Shown in pieces: positions 1 through 9,869 of a stretch of 64,000 bases of DNA. This DNA comes from Chlorobiota bacterium (GTDB lineage Bacteria > Bacteroidota > Ignavibacteria > Kapaibacteriales > NICIL-2). The DNA lies in assembly GCA_026416585.1 (NCBI GenBank), contig JAOAEV010000005.1:53-64052 (forward strand), given 5' to 3'. The translations under genes were made by a program, and so were the position numbers. The stretch's first letter is position 1. Each line of letters opens with the position of its first letter. The notes below the pieces were generated by a model that saw only the letters and a list, made by a program, of their open reading frames with translations, searched no databases and was not told the DNA's origin.

Positions 1-7
1 ATTTGTT

Positions 8-322
8 GTGATGATATACCAGTCCAGTACAATTGGACGGCTTCTTGCGGTCGCGCTATTGCTGTGCACTGCACACTTTCTACTTGGCAGCATGTGGCAC
101 AGCCACCTGCCTGTTGAAAGCAATGTGCAGGCGGTGTCGAGTGCCGATGATCAGCACTGTCCGCTCTGCCATCTGAATATCGAACCGCCGAACAACGCGG
201 CGGTGAGCAGCTGGCAATTGTTGCCAATTGTTCAACTGGCGCCGTTACCGGAGCAGTTCTCAGAACGCAGTACAACAGCAACCCGCCTCTATTCTCCACG
301 CTCTCCGCCAGTCGTCGCATAA
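8..322 (+). CDS. Small membrane-anchored protein with H-C-P-L-C-H motif (hypothetical)
   Basis: 104-aa ORF with an N-terminal hydrophobic segment (LLAVALLLCTAHFLL) and a HCPLCH motif. I recognise no family. It lies directly upstream of a TonB-dependent receptor. Confidence 0.3.
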   Translation: MMIYQSSTIGRLLAVALLLCTAHFLLGSMWHSHLPVESNVQAVSSADDQHCPLCHLNIEPPNNAAVSSWQLLPIVQLAPLPEQFSERSTTATRLYSPRSPPVVA

Positions 323-367
323 GGCATACTACTCGCCGAGCGACGTTCAACCTACTCGAGGACTCTA

Positions 368-2713
368 ATGTTACTGGCTTTGCTGTGTGCCATAGTGGGC
401 ACGCAAGGTGTTCTTGCAGACAGCGCCACATTTCACTTGCACGGCATCATTCGTGACAGTCTCACTGGGTCACCTGTTGCAGGTGCACAGGTAGTAAACC
501 TGGGCACCGGTCAATCGCGTCAGAGCAGTAGCGACGGGCATTTCGTTTTCGATAAGATTCCAGCAGGACGATATCGTTTCGGCGTGCGGCGGCTCGGCTA
601 CTATGACCGAGTTATCGCGATAGATGTGCGCCGTGACACAAGTGTGGCAATTTCTCTTGTCCCGCTGGGGATAGAGCTGCACCGCATCGTTGTCGAAACA
701 CAACGTCCATTGACCACAGCAACCGAGCATGCCATTGAGTTGAACACTCGCCAGCTTGACCGCCATCGTGGAGCAACACTGGGCGAGCTGATCGAGCAGG
801 TTCCCTCCGTCTCGTTGCTACGGACTGGAACGGCAATCGCTAAGCCTGTCATCCGTGGCTTGCATAGCCATCGGATTGTGCTCACAACGGACGGCATCCA
901 ACACCAAGCACAAGACTGGGGATTGGATCATGCACCAGCGATCGATCCATTCTCCCCCACTAGTATTGCAATCGCTTCCGGAGCTGCAAGTATCGAAGAA
1001 TCATACTCTGCAATTGGAGGAATCATCCGTCTTGAATTGCCACAACTGGAATATCACCGTCCAACAACGATTGCCACATCAGTTGTTGGTGCCAGTAATA
1101 ATGGCTTTATGGCACTCTCTGGTTTGCTCCGTAGCAGCGATGTACTACTTAATAACACCGCAGTCCTGTTTCAGCTTGGCGGTCATCTGGCGGGTGATAA
1201 TCGTACACCGCAGTACGTTTTGTCAAACACCGGTTCACGCCGAATCAGTGCATTAGTGCGTCTCGGTTACGAGCATGACTCGTGGCAGCACGAAGCAAGT
1301 TACTCAGTTTTTGCGACTGAAGTCGGGATTTTAGCAGCCTCCCACATCGGGAATGCCGATGACTTACGGCGCACGATCACCAGCGGTACACCGCTGATTG
1401 TACGACCGTGGACGTATCAGATTAGTAATCCTCGTCAGCAGATCATCCACCATACAGTGCTTATTAAGAGCACATGGTCGAGTAGTCTGGGTGTGCTTGA
1501 GTTCCGATATGGGTGGCAATTCAACGACCGCAGTGAATTCGACGCACATAATCTGCGCGTCCGTGATAGTAGCCTTCTACCTCGCCTCCTTCAAAGACCC
1601 GCCATTGAGCTGCTGCTTGCATCATATCAACTCGATGCACGATTGCGCAGCACATTCGGACAAGCGAGCACAACCGTAGGTATTCATCTTCTGCGGCAAG
1701 TCAACGACCGGCGGGGAGTAGTCTTTCTGGTGCCCGATTATCACTTGTATGAAGGCGGTGCTTACACAACCGCAACAACAAGTTATGGAGCTTGGATCGT
1801 CAGCGGTGGTGTACGCAGCGATATTCACACAATACAAGCACAACCACAGAATCGCTCTACTGGATTGCCGTCGGACACGACGTTGAGTTTTATTGGGGTT
1901 GCAGCGCATATTGGACTGGAGCGCACGTTCCCATCGCAGACGCGGTTGCAAGTCAATCTTGCCACTCACTGGCGTCCACCACTCCCAGTCGAGTTATTCG
2001 CCAATGATCTGCATCACGGTACTGCACAGTTCGAGATTGGAAATCGTTTGCTGCGTAGTGAGCGTTCCTACCAACTCGATGTGCGCCTTAGCCAATCGAT
2101 AGGGGAGTTCATCAGTGATCTGTCAACATTCGCCAACATGATACCTCGATTCATTCAGCTTCTGCCGGACTCAGTCCCGACAGTAACATACCGTGGCGTT
2201 TTTCCCACGATGCGATACGTGCAACGCCCAGCGATGCTCATCGGTGGTGAGTGTGGATTGAGCTATTCGGTTTCTACTTTGCTGAGGCTTGATTGCACTG
2301 TCGGAGTCGTTCGCGGATTCGATCTATCATCGGGTGAATACATTCCGTTTTTGCCTGCCGATCGTGCACGAATCACTCTCCACTGGCATGCAGAACGACT
2401 GGGAATGATCAGCGAGCCGTACATCGAAAGTGGATTCAATCTCATTCGCCGGCAGACCGCAGTATCACCGACAACATTCGATTATGCGCCTCCTCCTGCT
2501 GGATACATGACAGTTGACCTTGAAGCAGGTGGCACAATCGAGATTGGAGGTACTCCCGTGCGCATATCACTGGCTGCCGCAAATGTGTTTGACACACCAT
2601 ATCGCGACTATTTGAGCCGCTACCGCTACTTTGCTCTTGATCCTGGACGGAATATCATCATACGCTGTAGCACACCACTCGATATGTTCCATCATACCTC
2701 AAACTCACCATGA
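368..2713 (+). CDS. TonB-dependent outer-membrane receptor with N-terminal CarbopepD_reg-like domain
   Basis: 781 aa with a signal peptide, a CarbopepD-like beta-sandwich (GIIRDSLTGSPVAGAQVV...GRYRFGVRRLGY), a plug region (IVVETQRP...GELIEQVPSVSLLRTG...IRGL) and a long beta-barrel-like C-terminus. Confidence 0.8.
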   Translation: MLLALLCAIVGTQGVLADSATFHLHGIIRDSLTGSPVAGAQVVNLGTGQSRQSSSDGHFVFDKIPAGRYRFGVRRLGYYDRVIAIDVRRDTSVAISLVPLGIELHRIVVETQRPLTTATEHAIELNTRQLDRHRGATLGELIEQVPSVSLLRTGTAIAKPVIRGLHSHRIVLTTDGIQHQAQDWGLDHAPAIDPFSPTSIAIASGAASIEESYSAIGGIIRLELPQLEYHRPTTIATSVVGASNNGFMALSGLLRSSDVLLNNTAVLFQLGGHLAGDNRTPQYVLSNTGSRRISALVRLGYEHDSWQHEASYSVFATEVGILAASHIGNADDLRRTITSGTPLIVRPWTYQISNPRQQIIHHTVLIKSTWSSSLGVLEFRYGWQFNDRSEFDAHNLRVRDSSLLPRLLQRPAIELLLASYQLDARLRSTFGQASTTVGIHLLRQVNDRRGVVFLVPDYHLYEGGAYTTATTSYGAWIVSGGVRSDIHTIQAQPQNRSTGLPSDTTLSFIGVAAHIGLERTFPSQTRLQVNLATHWRPPLPVELFANDLHHGTAQFEIGNRLLRSERSYQLDVRLSQSIGEFISDLSTFANMIPRFIQLLPDSVPTVTYRGVFPTMRYVQRPAMLIGGECGLSYSVSTLLRLDCTVGVVRGFDLSSGEYIPFLPADRARITLHWHAERLGMISEPYIESGFNLIRRQTAVSPTTFDYAPPPAGYMTVDLEAGGTIEIGGTPVRISLAAANVFDTPYRDYLSRYRYFALDPGRNIIIRCSTPLDMFHHTSNSP

Positions 2714-3246
2714 ACCGCTATTCCTTGTACGCCGCTCTTGTTGCGGCACTTGTTCTTGTCGGTTGTGATCCTCATAACCATGATCATGGCAATGATCATG
2801 CTGCTGCAAGTCGTTTTATCCTTCATCTGACAAATGGTGATACGATCGCCGCTATCTGGAATGACCCTGATGGTCCGGGAGGTCAATCACCGCAGATAGA
2901 TACAATTCGACTCCGCAGAGGCTCGTATTCTGGAAGGCTCATCATTCTGACGACCACAGGAGATACTCTATCGACGGTCATCCAAACTCAAGGTACTGAG
3001 CATCAGCTCTTTTACACTGTCAGTGGCAGCGCGGCAAGCCACGTAAGCATATCCATCCGCGATCGGGATAGTCGCGGTATGCCGCTTGGACTGCAAACCG
3101 CCTGGGAGGTCGAGCCACCCCAAGCACCAGTGCCGGGTAGTGTCCGCATTCAGCTCTATCATTACGAGCCAAACAAAAAAGATGGCATCACTCCATCTGC
3201 CGAAACAGATGCAGATATTACGTTCCCGTTGATCGTACAACCTTAG
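2710..3246 (+). CDS. His-rich lipoprotein (possible metal-binding partner of the TonB receptor)
   Basis: Lipobox-like LVGCDP followed by HNHDHGNDH. Its start overlaps the receptor stop by 4 bp. Confidence 0.45.
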   Translation: MNRYSLYAALVAALVLVGCDPHNHDHGNDHAAASRFILHLTNGDTIAAIWNDPDGPGGQSPQIDTIRLRRGSYSGRLIILTTTGDTLSTVIQTQGTEHQLFYTVSGSAASHVSISIRDRDSRGMPLGLQTAWEVEPPQAPVPGSVRIQLYHYEPNKKDGITPSAETDADITFPLIVQP

Positions 3247-4256
3247 ACAAAAACGTTCCGGAAGGCTTCTTCTGCAGGCGGGAATGGCCGTTCAAGCGCA
3301 CGGTCAATCGCCGATGTCATTTCACGGGCGATTGTGTGATGCAACTGGTCGAGTTCGTGTCGGGTCATGACCCCACGCTCGACCAGTTGTGTTTCGTAGC
3401 GACTGATCGGATCACGTTTTTCCCAATACTGGAGCATCGGGGGCGGTACATAGCGGAAATCATCATGCTCAGCATGTCCGCGCATTCGCATTGTGACGGT
3501 TTCAATCAGTGCAGGGCCCTCACCGCGACGCGCACGTTCGACGTAGGTACGGACCGTATCAAAGACAAGCTCGACATCGGTTCCATCGATGGTTACTCCA
3601 GGACAGCCGTAGCCAACTGCACGATCACTGAGCCGCTCACATGCGTACTCAAGCTGGCGCGGCGTCGAGTAGGCATACTGATTGTTTTCGATGATGACCA
3701 CAAGCGGTAGCCGCTGGACCGCTGCAAAATTCATTGCTTCGTGGAACTCACCGACATTGGTTCCACCATCACCAATTGTTGTGAGGACGACGATTGGTTC
3801 GCGTTTCATTCGTGCAGCAAGTGCATAACCTGCCGCTACAGGCATCATTGCTGCAAGGTGCGAGATATTGCCATAGATGCGTAGATGCGGATCGGCATAA
3901 TGCCCTGTTCCATCGGTACCCCGCATCTGACTACCCTGCCGTGCCAGAAAATTGAGCATGAGCTGATCAAGATCGGCACCAAAAACAAAGTGCATGCCGA
4001 TATCTCGATGCATCGGAAAAATCACATCACGCAAGCGATCGAGTGCGTAACTGGCACCAACCGACGTTGCTTCATTCCCGATTTGCGAATAGACTCCACC
4101 GAACGCGCGTCCCTGACGGTAGAGCCGAATCATCGCATTATCGAATTCGCGTGCAGCAATCATGAATCGGACGATGTGCCGGCGATCGTCGTCGCTCAGC
4201 ATACCCGACACATGCAGCTGCGGAATTGGTTCATCCAGATCAAATTGATTCATCAC
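3243..4256 (-). CDS. TPP-dependent 2-oxoacid dehydrogenase E1 component, alpha subunit
   Basis: 337 aa with GNEATSVGASYAL...GDGGTNVGEFHEAMNFAAVQRLPLVVIIENNQYA, typical of PDH/BCKDH/acetoin-DH E1 alpha. No E1 beta gene is adjacent. Confidence 0.8.
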   Translation of the reverse strand: MMNQFDLDEPIPQLHVSGMLSDDDRRHIVRFMIAAREFDNAMIRLYRQGRAFGGVYSQIGNEATSVGASYALDRLRDVIFPMHRDIGMHFVFGADLDQLMLNFLARQGSQMRGTDGTGHYADPHLRIYGNISHLAAMMPVAAGYALAARMKREPIVVLTTIGDGGTNVGEFHEAMNFAAVQRLPLVVIIENNQYAYSTPRQLEYACERLSDRAVGYGCPGVTIDGTDVELVFDTVRTYVERARRGEGPALIETVTMRMRGHAEHDDFRYVPPPMLQYWEKRDPISRYETQLVERGVMTRHELDQLHHTIAREMTSAIDRALERPFPPAEEAFRNVFV

Positions 4257-5176
4257 TTTTTCGGGGACGGTTTGACTCGGTAACCAAAACTTCGCAGGTA
4301 CGTTGGATCATTCCGCCAATGCTCGCGAACCTTCACACGAAGGTCAAGATAAACGGGAACCCCTAAATGCGCTTCGATTCGCTCGCGCGCACTCTCACCG
4401 ATACGTTTGATCATCGAACCTCCAGTACCGATGAGGATTTTCTTTTGCGAATGCCGCTCAACAACGAGTTCAGCAGCGATGTACCACGGTCCTTCCGGAC
4501 GCTCATCAAAATTGGTAACAATCACTTCGACCGAATAAGGGATCTCTTGCTGACAGTAGCGATAGACCTGTTCCCGAATAAACTCCGCGACAAAAAAGCG
4601 TTCCTGCTGCGTCGAAAGTTCGTCGGGGTCGTAGAGGAATTCGCTTTCGGGTAGTAGTCCAACGATGACATTTACCAACTCGTCGAGGAACTTTCTTTTG
4701 AGCGCCGAGACAGCGACACTGGTGCGAAAAATACCTGACTGCATTGCCCGCTCGATGATTGGCAAGGCAGCGCGTTTATCGTCCAGCGCATCCATCTTGG
4801 TAAGCACCAGCACAATGGGTTTGCCGCTCTTGGGCAGATCGGCTACGATTGGCTCTGCAAGTAAACGCTCCACGTCTGCAATACCACCTGTGGCATCAAA
4901 CAACACAAGCACGACATCAGCATCTTCAATTGCCTGGTGAATCTCGGCAAGCATTTGGCGATGAAGCTCGAACTTCGGATGTTCGACAATTCCCGGAGTG
5001 TCAAGAAAAACCATTTGCGCATCACCGCTCGTAAGGATGCCAATCACCGGACGTCGCGTTGTTTCTGGTTTAGGTGAAACGATCGCCAGTGGCTCCCCGA
5101 TGAGCGCGTTGAGTAGGGTCGATTTACCAGCATTCGGCTTGCCAAGGATAGCAACAAAACCTGCACGTTTCATCAC
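4253..5176 (-). CDS. era: GTPase Era
   Basis: [17 protein letters not shown]-loop, DTPG motif and a C-terminal KH-domain region. Overlaps wecB upstream and the E1 alpha gene downstream by 4 bp each. Confidence 0.9.
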   Translation of the reverse strand: MMKRAGFVAILGKPNAGKSTLLNALIGEPLAIVSPKPETTRRPVIGILTSGDAQMVFLDTPGIVEHPKFELHRQMLAEIHQAIEDADVVLVLFDATGGIADVERLLAEPIVADLPKSGKPIVLVLTKMDALDDKRAALPIIERAMQSGIFRTSVAVSALKRKFLDELVNVIVGLLPESEFLYDPDELSTQQERFFVAEFIREQVYRYCQQEIPYSVEVIVTNFDERPEGPWYIAAELVVERHSQKKILIGTGGSMIKRIGESARERIEAHLGVPVYLDLRVKVREHWRNDPTYLRSFGYRVKPSPKK

Positions 5177-6315
5177 GCGAGCATTCGCAGATGATTGATG
5201 ATGCGCTCAGCGGCATGTCCGTCGCCAAACGGGTTGTGTGCTCGTGCCATTGCTTGGTATATCTTGTGGTCGTGAAGCAACTGCCGTGTCGCCAAGACAA
5301 TTTGCTCGATATCGGTGCCCACAAGACGTGCTGTACCGGCTTCGATTGCTTCTGGTCGCTCGGTTACTTCTCGCAGCACAAGTACTGGTTTGCCAAGTGA
5401 TGGCGCTTCTTCCTGAATACCGCCTGAATCGGTGATGATCACCCACGCGTGCTGCATCATATATGCGAATTCGCGATAGGGTAATGGTTCGAGCAACCGA
5501 ATGTTGTCGTATCCTGCAAGTATACGCTCGACAGGGCTGCGAACGTTTGGGTTGAAATGCACTGGATAGACAATCACCACATCAGGCTCTGTTTCTGCTA
5601 TTTGCACAAGTGCAGTACAAATGCGCTCAAAACCAGCTCCAAAATTTTCACGACGATGACCAGTAACCAGCACAATGCGCTTGTTTTTACTCTCAACAAG
5701 CTCGAAAAGATCATCTGGTAAATTCCGCAGCAATAGCCGGCGCTCGGCAACTTCCAGTGCAGCAAGCTGTGCAACAACCCACTGCAGTGCGTCTATCGCA
5801 GTGTTGCCGGTAACCACTATGCGGTCAGGAGCAATGCCTTCACGCAATAAATGCTCTCGTGCCCGCTCAGTAGGAGCGTAGTGCCAATCGGCAATATGCG
5901 AGGTAAGAACGCGGTTGATCTCCTCGGGAAATGGCGCATACTTGTCAAACGTTCGCAGCCCTGCTTCGACGTGTGCAATCGAGATTCGTTCATAGAATGC
6001 AGCAAGCGATGCTGCCAGTGTCGTTGTTGTGTCACCTTGCACGATAACGACGTCAGGACGCCTGGTGCGGAATTCCTCGCCCAAGCCAGTCAGCGCTCGA
6101 ACAGTGACCTCTTCCAGCCGTTGACCTGGCTGCATAATCGCTAAATCTGCATCGGGAACGATCCCAAACGTCTCGAGCATCTGGTCGAGCATCTCATCAT
6201 GCTGTCCCGTGATGACCACACGAAGGCGGCACCACTCGACTCCCGATAGGCGATGCACGATTGGCGCGAGTTTGATTGCTTCAGGACGGGTACCAAAAAC
6301 GACGGTAATGTTCAC
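5173..6315 (-). CDS. wecB: UDP-N-acetylglucosamine 2-epimerase (non-hydrolysing)
   Basis: 380 aa: MNITVVFGTRPEAIKLAPI...VTGQHDEM...DSGGIQEEAPSLGKPVLVLR, the characteristic epimerase_2 family pattern. Confidence 0.85.
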   Translation of the reverse strand: MNITVVFGTRPEAIKLAPIVHRLSGVEWCRLRVVITGQHDEMLDQMLETFGIVPDADLAIMQPGQRLEEVTVRALTGLGEEFRTRRPDVVIVQGDTTTTLAASLAAFYERISIAHVEAGLRTFDKYAPFPEEINRVLTSHIADWHYAPTERAREHLLREGIAPDRIVVTGNTAIDALQWVVAQLAALEVAERRLLLRNLPDDLFELVESKNKRIVLVTGHRRENFGAGFERICTALVQIAETEPDVVIVYPVHFNPNVRSPVERILAGYDNIRLLEPLPYREFAYMMQHAWVIITDSGGIQEEAPSLGKPVLVLREVTERPEAIEAGTARLVGTDIEQIVLATRQLLHDHKIYQAMARAHNPFGDGHAAERIINHLRMLA

Positions 6316-6332
6316 ACAATGGAGGATCGAAA

Positions 6333-6362
6333 TTGCACTTTTGTAGCAGAATTTCAGTGCAA
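6333..6362. promoter_or_regulatory. Inverted repeat TTGCACT-N16-AGTGCAA in a divergent promoter region
   Basis: Read directly from the sequence between the wecB start (minus strand) and the heparinase-like gene start (plus strand). Candidate operator. Confidence 0.25.
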
Positions 6363-6403
6363 AGATAGGTGCACTCCCTCGTCAGACCATCTCTGCAAGA
6401 GCC

Positions 6404-8506
6404 GTGGTAAGCGAACTTCGCCGGTACCAACTGCGCATGTTGCCGCTTGGTATTATCCTGCGGAAAGCAATTCGTCGTACGTTCCGGACCACCACGCGAT
6501 CGCGCAGACATTCATCGAGCATACAACCTTACACCACACCGTTGCAGCTACCGTGGGAAACCGACGCACCGTTAGCACAGCACCTTGACATACCACCTGT
6601 AGAGTCGTTCGCACGATATGCAGATACGGCGCATGCCATCTCAATGCACTGTAGAAGCGGGCGCTGGTTCGTTCTCGGTTGTGGTTGGATCGAACCACTG
6701 CATGGTTTCACTGCGCCAGGGATCAACGGTAATCGGTACGATACATCACCACTTGACGCAGAACAGATTGCACATGGATATTGGCTTGAGAAGCGACTGC
6801 CCCACTCTGCCGTACCTCGTGCCCAGTGGCTATGGAATATGATCGAGGGTCCGCATCGGCCTATTGACTGGCAGCGCGATTTCCGCAGTGGATATCGCTG
6901 GAACGAGTCAACGCCCCACCATCGGATTGCATTCGATCCAGCACCTGGTGTCGATCCAAAGGTACCATGGGAACTCGGACGACTACAACTACTACCGTTA
7001 CTTGCTCTCGAAGCGCATCATACAGGCGATGCCACCTACCGTGCTGAGCTTGCGAATGTCATCGAAACAACGCTTCTCGATTTCGCAGCACAGAACCCAC
7101 CCGGATACGGCATCCAGTGGGCATCACCAATGGATGTCGCAATTCGACTTGCGAACATTTTGGTTACTCTCGATCTTGTGCGCTCGGTTGGATTCCGGCA
7201 GAGCGCTACCGAGTCAATAACATTGTATGCTTACGACCATGCGCAATTTGTTCTATCGAATCTCGAGTGGTCCGAAGGAATGCGCGGCAACCATTATCTG
7301 GCTTGTATTGCTGGGCTATCGGTTGCGGCATCATACTTCCCTAATTGCCAATGGACACGGCATCTTCGCCGGTGGTGTGCAGAACAACTTTGCCGTGAAA
7401 TAGACCATCAGTTCTTGCCCGATGGCGGTAACTTCGAAGCATCGGTCGCATATCACCGCTTAGCAGCAGAAATGCTTGCGTGGGCTGTGTGGTTCTTGCG
7501 TCGCACACCAGAAGGATGCGCCGTTTTTGATCGCGAATGGACACCTATATCGCATTTGGCGACCATTGCAGCGTTTACAAACGAAGTCACGTATCGCTCC
7601 TGGATTGCTCCACAAATTGGAGACAATGATAGTGGACGCTTTCTTCAGCTCATACCTTTCAGCGATGTAGGTTTAGCAACGGGGAAACTATGCGGTCGCA
7701 GTGACCCGTATTTGTCACAGCGGAGTCATCGCGAAACGTGCATACTCACGTGTGCTGTCGCAGCGAACCGTCGTGACATTGTGACGGCTCTATACGAAGA
7801 TTCTGCGTATCAACGGCGTCAACAATTCTCTGCACCACACTTCGGCGTTGCCGTGCAGCGCAACCAGCGATGGGAAGTATTCCTCCGAGCTGGCTCGATC
7901 GGTCAACGTGGCAAGGGGGGTCACGCACACAACGATCAGCTGTCGGTAACGCTTGCGTTCGATGGGAATGAAATTCTTGTTGATGCCGGCACTGGTGTCT
8001 ATTTAGCATCACCAGAAATCCGAAACCGTTTTCGTTCGACACGAATGCACAATACACTTGCGTTCAATAGCATCGAACAAAATACATGGTCAGATGCAAC
8101 ATCTGAAGCACTTTTTTGGCTCACCAGTGATCGAGCACATGCTCGGCTCATCAGCTGCGACAGTAGCACAATCATTGCAGAACATTTCGCCTATGGGTTT
8201 CCCCACCGACGCATCATCCAGATTAACAACGAAGGCATCATTATCCACGATTACTTTGCATCCCCCAACCAAGCTGTGCTGTACTTTCACATTCATCCGT
8301 TACTTGCGGTGGTATTGACAACTGATGGAGCTTGCCTTTCGAGCAATCACTGGAGTATTATCTGCACTGCCCAGCGTGGTAGAATCGATATCGCGGAATC
8401 CTCATACAGCCACTCGTATGGGGCGCAGACTCCATCGAAAGCAATCATTGTTCACCCTGCTACAGACGTGACACATACAGAATTCCGGTTGGTAACTGGG
8501 GCGTAA
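6404..8506 (+). CDS. Heparinase II/III-like family protein (polysaccharide lyase-like)
   Basis: 700-aa protein with an alpha/alpha-toroid-like N-half and a beta-sandwich C-half. The sequence pattern resembles the heparinase II/III-like proteins found in surface-polysaccharide loci. The true start may lie downstream of the track start. Confidence 0.6.
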   Translation: MVSELRRYQLRMLPLGIILRKAIRRTFRTTTRSRRHSSSIQPYTTPLQLPWETDAPLAQHLDIPPVESFARYADTAHAISMHCRSGRWFVLGCGWIEPLHGFTAPGINGNRYDTSPLDAEQIAHGYWLEKRLPHSAVPRAQWLWNMIEGPHRPIDWQRDFRSGYRWNESTPHHRIAFDPAPGVDPKVPWELGRLQLLPLLALEAHHTGDATYRAELANVIETTLLDFAAQNPPGYGIQWASPMDVAIRLANILVTLDLVRSVGFRQSATESITLYAYDHAQFVLSNLEWSEGMRGNHYLACIAGLSVAASYFPNCQWTRHLRRWCAEQLCREIDHQFLPDGGNFEASVAYHRLAAEMLAWAVWFLRRTPEGCAVFDREWTPISHLATIAAFTNEVTYRSWIAPQIGDNDSGRFLQLIPFSDVGLATGKLCGRSDPYLSQRSHRETCILTCAVAANRRDIVTALYEDSAYQRRQQFSAPHFGVAVQRNQRWEVFLRAGSIGQRGKGGHAHNDQLSVTLAFDGNEILVDAGTGVYLASPEIRNRFRSTRMHNTLAFNSIEQNTWSDATSEALFWLTSDRAHARLISCDSSTIIAEHFAYGFPHRRIIQINNEGIIIHDYFASPNQAVLYFHIHPLLAVVLTTDGACLSSNHWSIICTAQRGRIDIAESSYSHSYGAQTPSKAIIVHPATDVTHTEFRLVTGA

Positions 8507-8534
8507 GTTTGTAGCTACTTGTTGACGACAGCAC

Positions 8535-9860
8535 ATGCAGATTCGTAATCACATTCGGCTCCTATCATGGACGGCTGCGGATAAGCTGCTGTTTCTTGGC
8601 TATGGAGTCGTAACATGGCTTCAAATACGTGCATTGTCACCGGTCGAATACGGATTGGCTGCGCAGCTACTGACTCTGCAGGCGTGGATTGCTATCGTTG
8701 CAGAAGGATCACTGCTGCAAAGCATCATACAGTACGGGCACGACCAGCAGGACCGCGGACGTGCTGATCTCATCGCCCTCGGATTGCATACCGTTTTTAC
8801 ACTGGCTCTTGCTGTAGGAATCGCTGCCGCTGCATCACCGCTTGCGCAAGTGTTCAACGAGCAACGTTTTCACAGCGTCGCAACAATCCTGCCGCTATAC
8901 TGCTTGATTGGCATTCCACGCTCCTTCGCACTGAAACTGCTCCAGCGTGAGCTACGTGCCCGAGATGTATTTCTGACCAATCTCGCATGGCTTGGCACTG
9001 CAACAGTACTAACGATCTATTTTTTGACACATGACCGACTGCGATATTTTGAGGACATGGCATTGATAGCGTGTGTGGGATTAACTGCTGGTTCGGTAGT
9101 TGGTTCGGTGCTTGCGCGCGACCTCTACCACTGGTCACTTGAGGGAACGCTCACACTGCGGGCTGTACTGCGCTTCAGTGTACCGCAGGCACTCATGATG
9201 GCTTTGGCAACCAGCATTCGGCAGCTCGACATCTTCATTGTGCAAGCATTCTTTTCGACTCGTGCCGTCGGCGTGTACAACGCAGCTAAAATGCTCTATC
9301 GCGTTTTCGAAACAGGTGCCGATGCTGCTGTATGGCTCATGTACCCGACAGCTGTGCGCTTGCTACACCAGGAACGTCGTGATGCTTTGAACGCTCTTGT
9401 CGGGAAATCGCTCATTCTGCAATGTGCAGTCGTATTCGCTGCAGTGTTCACTTTAGAGGCAGGAGGAACAAAATTTTTTGTCGGCTTCCTTGGTGCTCAG
9501 TACAGCGAAACAACAACTGTCTTCAATGTCATGGCAATTGGTGCACTGTTTCTCCCCGTAATGGTTCTGCAATCGGTGCTTTTGGCACTTCATCGTGTTG
9601 ATCGGATGCTCGGCATCACAGCCATTAGCGTTATCGCTGCTGTTGCTGTGTACATCATCGTCGGTGTACTGGATCTTCTTCCGCTGATCGGTACGGGAGT
9701 GGTAATGTATGCGGCAGCAATGGGATTTCTGTTGTGGTATGCAGTACGCAGGGAGGGACTGGTTGCTGTTACCGATCTTGTACAAGCGATGTCGGATATT
9801 CGCACTGCTATCGGTGTCTTTATGCAGCGCCGATTTGGAATTGTCAGTCCTTTCAAGTAG
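8535..9860 (+). CDS. Polysaccharide (O-antigen-type) flippase, PST/MOP family Wzx-like
   Basis: 441 aa, about 12 predicted TM helices, typical Wzx organisation. Confidence 0.65.
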   Translation: MQIRNHIRLLSWTAADKLLFLGYGVVTWLQIRALSPVEYGLAAQLLTLQAWIAIVAEGSLLQSIIQYGHDQQDRGRADLIALGLHTVFTLALAVGIAAAASPLAQVFNEQRFHSVATILPLYCLIGIPRSFALKLLQRELRARDVFLTNLAWLGTATVLTIYFLTHDRLRYFEDMALIACVGLTAGSVVGSVLARDLYHWSLEGTLTLRAVLRFSVPQALMMALATSIRQLDIFIVQAFFSTRAVGVYNAAKMLYRVFETGADAAVWLMYPTAVRLLHQERRDALNALVGKSLILQCAVVFAAVFTLEAGGTKFFVGFLGAQYSETTTVFNVMAIGALFLPVMVLQSVLLALHRVDRMLGITAISVIAAVAVYIIVGVLDLLPLIGTGVVMYAAAMGFLLWYAVRREGLVAVTDLVQAMSDIRTAIGVFMQRRFGIVSPFK

Positions 9861-9869
9861 GCACGTCGA

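Noticed and set aside
470-1256. Several 60-130-aa ORFs antisense to or embedded within the TonB-receptor gene (470-766 minus, 601-897 minus, 855-1256 plus). Similar nested ORFs lie inside era, pepN, hppA, rpsA, mutS2 and others.
   Set aside because: They are fully contained in long ORFs that have strong protein-family signal, and they carry no recognisable motifs of their own. They are typical spurious ORFs of a moderately GC-rich genome.
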